Made by a program: the position numbers and the translations under genes. The notes below the pieces were generated by a model, which made no database searches, was not told the origin of the DNA, and worked only from the letters and a program-made list of their open reading frames with translations. A stretch of DNA of 64,000 bases from Candidatus Micrarchaeota archaeon (GTDB taxonomy: Archaea > Micrarchaeota > Micrarchaeia > Norongarragalinales > SBBD01). Shown in pieces: positions 53,879-63,534 of the stretch (its first letter is position 1; each line of letters opens with the position of its first letter). Location of the stretch: NCBI GenBank assembly GCA_018819225.1, contig JAHJQN010000008.1:160001-224000 (forward strand). Reading direction: 5' to 3'.

Positions 53879-53984
53879 TTCGATTGAAACCGACATTAAC
53901 CAAAGGATTAAAAATACGGTTTTTCTTAAAAGGGCGCACGGGAGGCGAAACCGACGCTCCACAGCGGGATGGGTCGAAGAAGAA

Positions 53985-54458
53985 ATGAGCTTACAATTAC
54001 CTGGAGCCAACATGTCGAAAGTCATCGGATTACTCGAAGTCGTTAATGACGAAGGCGGCGAATGCGAAACCGTTGAGCTCGCCAACGACCTTCGACTCGA
54101 CGCCGAAAGCCTGTTACCGGTAACGGATGCCGCCGAATTACTGGGGTTCATCACCATTTCCGGAGGACGCATGACGCTGACACCGGCCGGCAAGAAAGCC
54201 ATAACGGGAACGATTCTCCAACGCCGTGAGTCCGTCAAACAACGCTTGATGACGCTTCCCACGATCAAAAAAGTGCTAGATCTTATTCAAGCCAAAAAGA
54301 ATAAACGGTTACCCAAGCGCGCGCTCGCGCGCGTCTTATCCGCGGAAATGCCGCGAAGTCAAGTGGAAAGTAACATCAAGCGACTCATCAACTGGGGCCG
54401 CCACTCCGGACTCATCGGTTTCAATGCGGACACCGACGAGTTATTCATCATATCCTGA
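53985..54458 (+). CDS. Stand-alone C-terminal 'AAA-associated' (wHTH-like) domain of NitT/TauT ATPases
   Basis: LP.A.....IGLLE, L..LA..L.L....LLP..DAA..LGF, LT..G, I.WGR..GL. Confidence 0.8.
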   Translation: MSLQLPGANMSKVIGLLEVVNDEGGECETVELANDLRLDAESLLPVTDAAELLGFITISGGRMTLTPAGKKAITGTILQRRESVKQRLMTLPTIKKVLDLIQAKKNKRLPKRALARVLSAEMPRSQVESNIKRLINWGRHSGLIGFNADTDELFIIS

Positions 54459-54477
54459 TGGCGAGGTGTATGAAGGT

Positions 54478-54945
54478 ATGGAACGGACGTTAGTTATTCT
54501 CAAACCCGACGCGCTCCACCGCGGGGTGATTGGTGCGGTCATCCAGCGTTTCGAACAAAAAGGATTGAAGATCGTCGGCTTGAAAATGGAGAAACTCGAC
54601 GAAAAAACGCTTTCCGAGCATTACGGACACTTGAAGGACAAGCCGTTCTTCCCGCGCATCGTATCGTTCATGAAAAGCGCGCCCGTGGTCTTGGTCGCCA
54701 TCGAAGGACTGGAAGCCGTAGGGATCGTGCGAAAAATGTGCGGAGTCACGAACGCGCGAAACGCCGCCATCGGAACGATTCGAGGCGACTTTGGAATGAG
54801 CGTTCAAGCGAACATCGTGCACGCCAGTGACAGCCTCGAGACCGCTCAAAAAGAAGTCAAACGATTCTTCAAGAACTCCGAATTATTCGAATACAAAAAA
54901 ATGGATTTCGGACACGTATATGCGGAGGACGAGCAAACGAAATGA
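54478..54945 (+). CDS. ndk: Nucleoside diphosphate kinase
   Basis: ERTLVILKPD, GTIRGDF, N.VHASDS. Confidence 0.96.
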   Translation: MERTLVILKPDALHRGVIGAVIQRFEQKGLKIVGLKMEKLDEKTLSEHYGHLKDKPFFPRIVSFMKSAPVVLVAIEGLEAVGIVRKMCGVTNARNAAIGTIRGDFGMSVQANIVHASDSLETAQKEVKRFFKNSELFEYKKMDFGHVYAEDEQTK

Positions 54946-56384
54946 GTCTCGAACGCGTTTGGAAACAACGCCTAACCCAATCCGTAGATCCGTGTCTCAA
55001 ACGCCTCAGGAAACGACACGCATTTGCCGGATTCGTTACCAACGTCGACAACGTCTGTTATTGCCAGCCCGAAAACCTGGAACCCCTTTTCTCCCAAGCC
55101 AACATGGAAAAGGTCAACCAGTTGAAACGACGAGCCGACCAACTCGAAATCCGCGGTCTCGAAGAATTTCTGGCCGGCTATTTGTTTTGCTTCGGGAACG
55201 GAAAAGCCCTCGAACTCCCTTTTTTCGATCCCGCTTTCGGCGAATGGCTCGATAAAACGTTTCAAGTAGAAGAAGCGCGCATGGGCGGACAAGCCGGAAT
55301 CATCGCCAACCAAATCGCGGAACTTGGCGGACACGTCGTATGCTATTGCACATTACTATCGCCCGTTCAAGCCAAGCTCTTTCATCCGCAACGCGTGTCC
55401 TTTCCAATCGAACGCAACGGGAAACTCCAGTTGTTGCAGCCCATTCAAGCAGCGAATATATCGGACCGAACGAAAATCAACTGGATATTCGAGTTCCACA
55501 AAGGAGATGTCATCCACGTCAACGGAAAAAAGATTGCGGCGCCTCGCGACAATCGCTTCATCGTGCTCTCCAAACTCATCAAAACCCAGCCCTTGTTCCC
55601 GCCATCCCTGGATGCCCATCTTCCAGAACTGGCGCAGCACTTCGATCGCGCCATGATCGCCGGATTCCATCACTTGCACGCATCCGAAAAAGGAAAGGGG
55701 TACTCGTTCTACTTGGACGTGCTATGCAAACAATTGGAACGTATCAAAACGGCCAATCCGTCGTTGAAACTCCACGTGGAATACGTCATGATTCACGATC
55801 CCGGACTCGAAAAAGAGGTGTACGAACGCGTCGGGTATTACGCGGACAGCCTCGGAATCAACGAGGTCGAAACGCCCCACTTGCTGGAACGATTAGGGTA
55901 CACGCATCTCGCGCGCAACATTCGAACGCAAGATAATGCCATTCATTTATACGAAGGAGCCGTCAAACTCTGCGAAAAATATGAATTCGAACGCGTCCAT
56001 ATCCACTCACTCGGATTCTTTCTGTTGCTATTACACAAAAAAGCATGCGATGCCTCCCGCCTGAAAGACTACCGCCATTCGTTACTTTTTGCTTCCTTGA
56101 CTGCCGAAGCGCGAGCGGCTCTGGGAAAACCCCCGACTCCCGCCGATATAAAGAAACGAAACCCCGGAGTATCCCCGATCGGAATGCAGCAAATGAGATT
56201 ATTCGCAGCAGAAGCCAAGAAACGCTATCCGGATTTCAACGAAAACCAATTCTTGGAAGAAGGCACTGCGGAATTCGGTCAACACTTCCTAATCATGGTT
56301 CCCACCGCCGTGGCTCAGAAACCGAAAAGCACGGTCGGGCTCGGGGATACGATCAGTAGCAGCGCGTTATTAAGTGAGCCGTGA
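54942..56384 (+). CDS. pfkC: ADP-dependent phosphofructokinase/glucokinase
   Basis: N.D, RMGGQAGI.AN, NRFI, SLG.NE.E, TVGLGDTIS. Confidence 0.93.
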   Translation: MSLERVWKQRLTQSVDPCLKRLRKRHAFAGFVTNVDNVCYCQPENLEPLFSQANMEKVNQLKRRADQLEIRGLEEFLAGYLFCFGNGKALELPFFDPAFGEWLDKTFQVEEARMGGQAGIIANQIAELGGHVVCYCTLLSPVQAKLFHPQRVSFPIERNGKLQLLQPIQAANISDRTKINWIFEFHKGDVIHVNGKKIAAPRDNRFIVLSKLIKTQPLFPPSLDAHLPELAQHFDRAMIAGFHHLHASEKGKGYSFYLDVLCKQLERIKTANPSLKLHVEYVMIHDPGLEKEVYERVGYYADSLGINEVETPHLLERLGYTHLARNIRTQDNAIHLYEGAVKLCEKYEFERVHIHSLGFFLLLLHKKACDASRLKDYRHSLLFASLTAEARAALGKPPTPADIKKRNPGVSPIGMQQMRLFAAEAKKRYPDFNENQFLEEGTAEFGQHFLIMVPTAVAQKPKSTVGLGDTISSSALLSEP

Positions 56385-56486
56385 ACGCACGTATTTCATG
56401 CCCATGGGTTTACGATATCTTTCCGCACCCAACACGGAAATTGAAGTGAGCATAACGATTTCAAATCCAAGAAACCAGTGGAAAAG

Positions 56487-56828
56487 CTAAAGTAGTTTCA
56501 ACGTGCCGGTAACCGCGTCCACTTTCTTTTCTTCGGCCGGTCCGATCGCAAGCGCCGTAACGGTTCCCGCAGGAATCTGCGTATGACCCGCATCCCGAAT
56601 TAACGAAACCGGCAGCTTCAGGCGCTTGGCCTGATTAACAAGACTCGTCAACGCGGATTCGCTGTTCACTTTTAACACGATTTTCTCTTCGCCAATTAAT
56701 TCCCAAGCCCTGCGGGCGACCGCGTTTGATTTTCGATAAGCCGATAGACTGGCATGAGCGGCCTGCGCGGCCAACTTGCCTTTCCCCATCCCCAAATCCG
56801 ATCGCAACACAATGGCTTGTTTAAACAT
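56487..56828 (-). CDS. pth2: Peptidyl-tRNA hydrolase Pth2
   Basis: KQ.IV.R.DL.MG.GK.AAQ..HA, DAG.TQI, TG.LKLL. Confidence 0.96.
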   Translation of the reverse strand: MFKQAIVLRSDLGMGKGKLAAQAAHASLSAYRKSNAVARRAWELIGEEKIVLKVNSESALTSLVNQAKRLKLPVSLIRDAGHTQIPAGTVTALAIGPAEEKKVDAVTGTLKLL

Positions 56829-56829
56829 C

Positions 56830-57573
56830 TCAGGCCCCCCTCACGAAGTTTAACGCGTCCTCTTCCGTCATCTTCACTCCACGACGCTTGAAGAACTTCA
56901 GGATGTTTCGCACATCCTTCAAGAAAAAGCCTTCCGATCCTTCATGCGATAGCAAAACGGACTGCCCCACATCCAAAAGATACGGATGATTCTCGTGCAC
57001 CACGATGTTGTACTCGCTCAAGTCCGCATGCACCAAACCGGCTTCCCTCATTTTTTTCACATCCTCAAGTAGTTCATTCAACATACGTTGAGGATCATCC
57101 ATCCACACATCCTTCAACGACGCGGAAGGAATCCCGCCGACACCCAACCACTCCATTATCACGACATTCTCTTTGAATGCAATGGGTCGCGGCGATCTCA
57201 CGCCATGTCGAATGCACAACGATAGATTCGCAAACTCTTTTCGAGCCCACGTGCGCACCGCCGACCGCAAACCTTTCGGAACCTTAAACCGCGGGTCCCC
57301 TTGAACGTATTGCATGCGCTTTCGAAACGAAGCCGTCTCGTACTTAAAAATCTTGACGGCCGCGTAACCAGTGGGCGTCGTGGCCCGGAACACCATGGCT
57401 TCCTTCCCCTGCGCGATCGGAAAATCAAGAGACGTGATGCGTTTATTGCTCAGAAAATAGTGGAGCACCGTCATCGTTTGGTCGTCAAACACCTTATTCG
57501 ATATCTTCATGCGCGATCGAATCGGCTTGAGCTCCCGGGCCGGTCGCTTGCGTGTCGACAACTTCCGAGCCAT
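56830..57573 (-). CDS. rio1: RIO1-family serine/threonine kinase
   Basis: GKEA.VF, AVKI, WA.KEF.NL, VHADLSEYN, DVGQSV. Start placed at MARKLS. Confidence 0.93.
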   Translation of the reverse strand: MARKLSTRKRPARELKPIRSRMKISNKVFDDQTMTVLHYFLSNKRITSLDFPIAQGKEAMVFRATTPTGYAAVKIFKYETASFRKRMQYVQGDPRFKVPKGLRSAVRTWARKEFANLSLCIRHGVRSPRPIAFKENVVIMEWLGVGGIPSASLKDVWMDDPQRMLNELLEDVKKMREAGLVHADLSEYNIVVHENHPYLLDVGQSVLLSHEGSEGFFLKDVRNILKFFKRRGVKMTEEDALNFVRGA

Positions 57574-57669
57574 GAAACCGTATGGGTTACCGGATATTAA
57601 TACCCCGTTGCACGACGACCAAAGGTATTTAATGTTGCGGCCACCCCGAATGAATATAGGTGCACGAAG

Positions 57670-58347
57670 ATGGCGTTCGTCAAATACTTGGGTCACTCCT
57701 CATTCGAAATCCGAATGGGCGGCCGCATCCTGTACACGGATCCGTGGTGGGACCCCCGTCCATTGCACGGTGAGCGGCTCGTGCCTCCCGGAATCCAAGT
57801 GGAGCAGATCAAGAAAGCGGACATGATTCTCATCAGCAACGAAGCCCCCGATCACTGCGATAACTTCGAGGTCAAGCGCCTGCAGGAAAAAACGTTCGCG
57901 CAAGTACTTGCCCCGGAACCCGCGCTCGCCAAACTCGAGGTGAACCCCCGTCAGCGCATGACCGCGTATCAAGACGACCGATTTCACGTCATGGGACTCG
58001 ATATTCACGTGACGAAAGCCAAGCAACCGAAAAGCCAATACCCCGTCGGATACATTATTTCGGCGGGAGGCCAAAGCGTGTATTTCGCTGGAGCGACTTA
58101 CGAGTTTTATGACATGCACCACATCAACGTGGACTGCGCGATTCTGCCCATTGGCGGAAGACAAACCATGGATATTTTCGGGGCATTGAATGCCATTCGC
58201 ATGATCAAATGCAAGTACGTGGTGCCCATGCGGTATAACACGTTTAAGCTCATTGAAGCGAACGCCCGCGAATTCGAATTAAAAGCCCAAAAAAGCGGGA
58301 AGGCCTCGCCCGTCATGCTCCGCGTGGGAGAAGGCTTCGACTTTTAA
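57670..58347 (+). CDS. Metallo-beta-lactamase-fold protein (UPF0173-like) with degenerate metal-binding motifs
   Basis: Scaffold YLGHSSF, TDP, LPIGG..TM is intact, but HxHxDH reads NEAPDH, GDT reads GAT and PMHY reads PMRY. Confidence 0.85.
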   Translation: MAFVKYLGHSSFEIRMGGRILYTDPWWDPRPLHGERLVPPGIQVEQIKKADMILISNEAPDHCDNFEVKRLQEKTFAQVLAPEPALAKLEVNPRQRMTAYQDDRFHVMGLDIHVTKAKQPKSQYPVGYIISAGGQSVYFAGATYEFYDMHHINVDCAILPIGGRQTMDIFGALNAIRMIKCKYVVPMRYNTFKLIEANAREFELKAQKSGKASPVMLRVGEGFDF

Positions 58348-58406
58348 TAAAATAACGGTATTTCTGCTCACGACTAGAGCTCAGAATAAAAAAAATAATG
58401 AAAAAA

Positions 58407-58778
58407 TTAGTATTCCTGCGAGACGTTGTACAAGGCTTTCAACGCCACGACCGCCGCACCCGGACCCACGAACACCACGATGTTATTCAAAATCGCGGGA
58501 ACGTACGGCCCCAGCGTCGGAACCACGGCAAAGACGCCCAGCAAGCTCGTTGAAGCGACCATGAACGTTAGCGCGGCCACGAGAAACTGGATGATTTCCC
58601 GGTCGCCAATGTTCAAAATACCCACGAGAATTCCGAGAATCCCGAGAATAAACACGGTGCCCGAACTGGTTTCCGGATAGAGAATGCCGGCGCCCACGGC
58701 AATGACGAGACCCGCAAGAAACGACCATGCGCCCACGCGGGCCCAAGAATCACGATTCTTTTTCGCCAAACAAACCAC
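58407..58778 (-). CDS. Hypothetical small membrane protein (4 TM)
   Basis: G.W.F..GL.IA, LG..VG.LNI...E...FL.A, P.A..VALK. Confidence 0.75.
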   Translation of the reverse strand: MVCLAKKNRDSWARVGAWSFLAGLVIAVGAGILYPETSSGTVFILGILGILVGILNIGDREIIQFLVAALTFMVASTSLLGVFAVVPTLGPYVPAILNNIVVFVGPGAAVVALKALYNVSQEY

Positions 58779-58914
58779 CTCTCAACAGCGTACTTTTGAC
58801 CGACTTAAAAACATACCCGTCTACGGCAAACGACGAAAATTCGTAAAACGAAGCTTTTTATATTCGGATTCAGAAGTCTTAGTATTAATTCTTTGAATTC
58901 TCGAGGGGAGAGCA

Positions 58915-60336
58915 GTGGGACTTCGTTCGAAAGGCATCAAACAGTTCCGACGCGTCAAAACCGCCGTCGGACCCATCGTCGGATCCCTCGTATTCATTCT
59001 CGCCGTCGTCCTCTTCCTGTCAGCGATACGCGCTTCGCTGTTTTCCGATATCGATGAAGAAACGCGCATCTGGTTTGAAATCACGTTCTTATTGCTCGCG
59101 GCCGTCCTGGCTGAACTGCTGGTCGTCTACTTGCGACAGCCCGTTGTGATGGTGCTGTTACTCGTCGGCGTCATCATATCCCCTAATGCCATCGACGTAT
59201 TCTGGCCGACCATTGTCGACATTATCAACATCCTGCTGTTAACGATTACGAGCTTTCAATTGCCGCTGACCCCACCCCACATCGTTCCCCTCGAAGGAAC
59301 CGTTCAAGTCTTTGCGCAACTCGGCGCCATCATCCTCTTGTTTAAAATTGGTCTCCATTCTGAAATCAAGCAAATCTTCAATATTCGCAATTTCGTGGTC
59401 GGACTATTAGGCGTCGTGATTCCGTTTGTGGCCGGCTATTATTACGCGGTGTGGACCGGAGCCTCATTCGCGTACGCGCTATTTCTGGGCGCGGCATTGA
59501 CGGCAACGAGCGTCGGCGTCACCGTAGCCGTATTGCAGGAACTGGGAGTGATGCAGAAAGAGTATGCGAAAATCATTCTCGGCGCCGCCGTCATCGATGA
59601 CATTCTCGCCCTTCTCGCCCTCTCGTTTGTTCGCAACATACCCTCCTCATTCGATGCCGCTGCACTCCTTCCACTCATCACCACGCTCGCCATCGCCTTG
59701 CTGTTTCTCATCGGAGGCATTCAAATCGGCTTGTTCGTGGTACGAAAATACTTCAATAAAATCACGGAAGAAAACTTCTCGAACCGAACCTTTCTCGTGG
59801 CGCTCGCCTTTCTCCTGATGTACGCGTATGTGGCCGAGGTGATCGGGCTTTCCGCGATCGTGGGCGCATTCATTGCCGGCGTCACCCTGAATTACAGTAA
59901 AATAGTGCATAAAATCAATGAGCTCATGGCCCCTCTCGAAATGCTGTTCACGCCCATATTCTTCATTTCATTAGGCATGTTCGTCGATATAACCGCCGTT
60001 GGCGAGTTTTGGCTCCCGATACTCATCATCTCGGTCATTGCAGTAGCCACAAAGTTTATTGGAGGCGGATTGGCTGCGAAATTCATGGGAGTGAGCACAA
60101 AGGATTCCATGATCGTGGGAGTTGGATTGGTGCCCCGAGGAGAAATCGCGTTGATTATTGGCTTATACGGATTGACCGCTACCACGGCTTCCGGAGAACC
60201 CGTGCTCACGGTCGCTCAATACACCGTGATTTCGGCCATGGCATTCATCACCACCATCATCGTCCCCGTCATGCTTCAGAAGATCATCGCATCGAAAAAG
60301 GAAGTGCGAGCAACGGCTTGGAATGCAGGCACCTGA
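58915..60336 (+). CDS. Cation:proton antiporter, CPA2/NapA type
   Basis: LLF.IGL, ATSVGVT, AAVIDD, GAF.AG, PIFF, PRGE. Confidence 0.92.
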   Translation: MGLRSKGIKQFRRVKTAVGPIVGSLVFILAVVLFLSAIRASLFSDIDEETRIWFEITFLLLAAVLAELLVVYLRQPVVMVLLLVGVIISPNAIDVFWPTIVDIINILLLTITSFQLPLTPPHIVPLEGTVQVFAQLGAIILLFKIGLHSEIKQIFNIRNFVVGLLGVVIPFVAGYYYAVWTGASFAYALFLGAALTATSVGVTVAVLQELGVMQKEYAKIILGAAVIDDILALLALSFVRNIPSSFDAAALLPLITTLAIALLFLIGGIQIGLFVVRKYFNKITEENFSNRTFLVALAFLLMYAYVAEVIGLSAIVGAFIAGVTLNYSKIVHKINELMAPLEMLFTPIFFISLGMFVDITAVGEFWLPILIISVIAVATKFIGGGLAAKFMGVSTKDSMIVGVGLVPRGEIALIIGLYGLTATTASGEPVLTVAQYTVISAMAFITTIIVPVMLQKIIASKKEVRATAWNAGT

Positions 60337-60355
60337 ATCGGAAAAAGAATTTTTT

Positions 60356-61804
60356 TCAAGCCCCGCGTCTTTTTCTCCTTTCCATCAGCCGCTTCCTCGA
60401 ATCCAGTCGTTCTTCCTCCCGATCGAAATGTCTTGACTGGACGATGCGGGTCCGCTCCATGGGATCCAATGCGCCTAATTTATAGCGATAAGCGAGATTG
60501 AATGGAAGCCGTCTCGCAGGGCGTTTGCCCCTCAACGAAACCGAGATCCGCGAAATACCTTCGAGGAACTCGCGCGCACGCTGCCTAGCCTCCGGGGATT
60601 CGGGATGCAGCACCTTCAGCGTGCGTCCTTTCATGAACCAACCCCTGCGCTCCCATTCCGAAAAACGAAGCGGGGCTTGGGACGGCGACACGTACGTCAG
60701 CCAATCCTGCCGGGACGGATCCTCACCCTTTACCGCAAGCTCGAAACGTCGCCTAATTTCTTCGGAAATCCGGCCCGTTTTTCCGTCTCCGATGCGGATT
60801 TTAAATAACCCATTCTTGGGCATGCGTCTTCCGACTCGTCCGGCAATCCGCTCTTGTTCCCTCCGGGAAATCAAAAAGGGATCCCCGCGACGCGCTTCGT
60901 CCTTCACGAAGATGCGGCCGCCTTTCATACGAAGATGCAACTCGTGAATTGGAGTCACTTCCGCGGCAGTTCCCGTGTAAAAAAGTTCGTCGGCGGCAGC
61001 CACCTCCTCCAACGAAAGCTCCTTCTGATTCACTTTCAAACCGCTTTTCCTCGCGATGTCCAAGATGGCCTCGCGCGTGATTCCCGGAAGCACCTCGCCT
61101 TCGCGAACCGGAGGAGTGAATAGGACGCCGTTCTTGACCACGAACATGTTTTCCCCACTTCCTTCCGCGGCCTTTCCCTTTGAATTCAACAACAACGCCT
61201 CGACGCTTCCGTGGGAAGTCGCTTGAAAGTGCGCGACCGTACCCGCATGGTACGCTCCGGAAATCTTCTGCCCGGGATACGCGGTCTTACGGGGTTCCGA
61301 GGTAACAAACGCCGTAATCTTCTTCGCCTCCAGGTATTTCCCCCAAGGCATAGTCTGCACGTGAAAATTAATGGAGCTACCTTGGGCTCCGACACCCAAC
61401 GGTCCCGCTCCCCAGAACACCAACGGTCGGATATACCCCTGCTTCAAGCCGCTCCTCCGAACGGCTTCCACGATGGATTGGCGAAGCATGCGAGGCGAAT
61501 AAGGAAACCGCATGCCTTCCGGCAACAGGCGACTAAAACTCCGTTCCAAACGAGCGACATGCTCATCAAGCCTAAAGATGGCGGACCCGTTTCGCGTGTT
61601 ATAGAACCGGATTCCTTCGAACGCACCCGTACCGTAATGAAGCGCATGGATGTTAATCGGAATCCTTGGGACGTCCGGTGGATACAAACCTATTTCGATC
61701 GTTCCTTTCTTGAGCCATGGGTTGTGCGTCGCAAAGATTTCCACGTTCCCTTTTTTTGCTGTGAGAGCCAACCGGACCACCTGCACAAAAAAAAGCAGGT
61801 ACAA
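60356..61804 (-). CDS. ilvE: Branched-chain amino acid aminotransferase (fold type IV) with basic insertion and C-terminal extension
   Basis: LHYG.G.FEG, YIRP, catalytic Lys in QKISGAY, EGSGEN.F, LPGITR, GTAAEVTP. Start uncertain (TTG after CAGGTGG likely). Confidence 0.85.
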   Translation of the reverse strand: MYLLFFVQVVRLALTAKKGNVEIFATHNPWLKKGTIEIGLYPPDVPRIPINIHALHYGTGAFEGIRFYNTRNGSAIFRLDEHVARLERSFSRLLPEGMRFPYSPRMLRQSIVEAVRRSGLKQGYIRPLVFWGAGPLGVGAQGSSINFHVQTMPWGKYLEAKKITAFVTSEPRKTAYPGQKISGAYHAGTVAHFQATSHGSVEALLLNSKGKAAEGSGENMFVVKNGVLFTPPVREGEVLPGITREAILDIARKSGLKVNQKELSLEEVAAADELFYTGTAAEVTPIHELHLRMKGGRIFVKDEARRGDPFLISRREQERIAGRVGRRMPKNGLFKIRIGDGKTGRISEEIRRRFELAVKGEDPSRQDWLTYVSPSQAPLRFSEWERRGWFMKGRTLKVLHPESPEARQRAREFLEGISRISVSLRGKRPARRLPFNLAYRYKLGALDPMERTRIVQSRHFDREEERLDSRKRLMERRKRRGA

Positions 61805-61841
61805 CTATATTAATGAAGTATCCTAACCAAGAAAATTCGAA

Positions 61842-61979
61842 TCACACCCTACGCTCCGCTCCTTTTCTCCAATGCGGCAATTTCCAATTACCGATCAGCC
61901 ACGCGATGACGACGACAAGCAATGCAAAGTATACAATCGTCTGACCATCAAAACCGAATAAAGCGGCGAATGGAAGCAT
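61842..61979 (-). CDS. Small single-TM protein (45 aa)
   Basis: MLPFAALFGFDGQTIVYFALLVVVIAWLIGNWKLPHWRKGAERRV, with a TTATAAATA TATA box about 23 nt upstream (62002-62010). Confidence 0.55.
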   Translation of the reverse strand: MLPFAALFGFDGQTIVYFALLVVVIAWLIGNWKLPHWRKGAERRV

Positions 61980-62004
61980 GCATTTCAGAACGGGCAGGCG
62001 CTAT

Positions 62005-63531
62005 TTATAATTTCCGCACGATGCCGTTCGTCGCATTCACTTCCACTTCATCCCCGTCCTTGAACGCCTTCGTCGCCTTCTTCGTTCCCACAATGCACGG
62101 AATCCCCATTTCCCGCGAAACAATCGCCGCATGGCACGTCAAACCTCCTTCATCCGTGACAATGGCAGCGGCTTTCTTCATGGCAGGCACCAAATTCGGA
62201 TTCGTGGCAACGGAAACGAGAATGTCCCCTTCATTCATCTTACCCATTTCATCCGCATGCACAATGATTTTCACGGTTCCCCGCGCTACTCCGGCGCACG
62301 CCGGCGTGCCTTTCAACTCCCGGACATCCACCTGCGCTTCTTCGGCAACAATCAAGGACCGGTATTTTTCAACATGGTTGCCAGTAAATATTGTCATACG
62401 TCCGTTATCCGCATAGAAAACGCTTTTCTGAAGGCGCGTCTCCAATTCGGTTTCATCGGCTCGTTGATTTTTCTTCAGCAAGGCCTCCGCCTCATCCATC
62501 GTGAGATAGCGCACGTGCTTCAAGGAAACACCTAAACGTTTGCCTATTTCCGTCAAGAACCCCCGAACATTTCGAGAGGAACGGAAAATCACGTCCTTCC
62601 GCAACCCCTTGAGGTGCACGCACGCCCGAGCCACTTGAATCCATAACCGTTCCTCTCCTGAAAATTCCATCCGGTTTTCCATATCCCGTTGTTTCACGGC
62701 TAACTCCTTTTGCTTTTCCCGCATTTGCCTTAATTGCTCTTCCGCATTCGCGTTTTGATGAAGCTCCGCCTTCAGCAACCGAATGAAATACGCCCGATCC
62801 AGTATTTCCGGCCCGTCGTAATGGTATTGCATCCAATCGAATTGCCGAACATGCGAGTCTAATGGCTTGTCCAAAACGGGAAACCGGTGCACGCCCGTTA
62901 AAATGGAGTTTTCATCCGTTTCGAAAAGAACCAAGAGACTCTTATCGGACTGAACGGCCTTGAGCATCTCAAGAAAGTGCTCGTCCTGCTTGATGAATAA
63001 CGACCGCTCGGCCGGAGTGGTTAAGATGCTGAATAACTCCGCCGTGGATTCGGATACGTTGTTTTCCACGCGCTTCGCTTCGATGAAATCCATAATTTTA
63101 TGCGAAAGGGCGTAATGCTCGAAATCCAGGACGTTGATGACGTGCCCCCACACGCACATGCGAATCCATTCATTCGACAGGGATCGGTACTCCTTCGCCA
63201 AATCCTCGTTGGAATAAACGGAAATATCTGCATCCCGCAAGCGAAACGCATGCAGTTCCAACGCATTGCAGGAAGCGCGTTGTTCTCGGTCCACGCGTTC
63301 GAAAAAGCCGGGTTCCTGCAGGCGTTTCATCGCGCGAACCCCTTGATCTTCCCACGTGTTTAAACCGGTCAAGTAATCCCACTTGCCGTTCTGCCATATG
63401 AAGAATCCCGCTTCATCGTTGGCTCCGAGAATGGGTTTCATGTGTCCGGTGGCCGCTTGCATATACGTGATACAGTGCGGCATCGGGCTCCCGAAATCCG
63501 TTGCGATACTCTTGTATTTCGACATGGACAT
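62005..63531 (-). CDS. PEP-utilizing-enzyme mobile (phospho-His) domain protein lacking an ATP-grasp domain
   Basis: C-terminal G..A..G...G.V, TNP...PAM.KA.AIVTDEGG.TCHAAIVSRE.GIPC.VGT; N-terminal about 400 aa helical region. Confidence 0.88.
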   Translation of the reverse strand: MSMSKYKSIATDFGSPMPHCITYMQAATGHMKPILGANDEAGFFIWQNGKWDYLTGLNTWEDQGVRAMKRLQEPGFFERVDREQRASCNALELHAFRLRDADISVYSNEDLAKEYRSLSNEWIRMCVWGHVINVLDFEHYALSHKIMDFIEAKRVENNVSESTAELFSILTTPAERSLFIKQDEHFLEMLKAVQSDKSLLVLFETDENSILTGVHRFPVLDKPLDSHVRQFDWMQYHYDGPEILDRAYFIRLLKAELHQNANAEEQLRQMREKQKELAVKQRDMENRMEFSGEERLWIQVARACVHLKGLRKDVIFRSSRNVRGFLTEIGKRLGVSLKHVRYLTMDEAEALLKKNQRADETELETRLQKSVFYADNGRMTIFTGNHVEKYRSLIVAEEAQVDVRELKGTPACAGVARGTVKIIVHADEMGKMNEGDILVSVATNPNLVPAMKKAAAIVTDEGGLTCHAAIVSREMGIPCIVGTKKATKAFKDGDEVEVNATNGIVRKL

Positions 63532-63534
63532 CCA

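Noticed and set aside
61903-61944. Possible C/D box sRNA (CGATGA...CTGA)
   Set aside because: The C box is imperfect, there are no internal D'/C' boxes, and the opposite strand is better explained as a small TM ORF.
62005-63531. Calling the gene ppsA or ppdK
   Set aside because: It lacks the nucleotide-binding and PEP/pyruvate-binding domains; only the mobile His domain is present.
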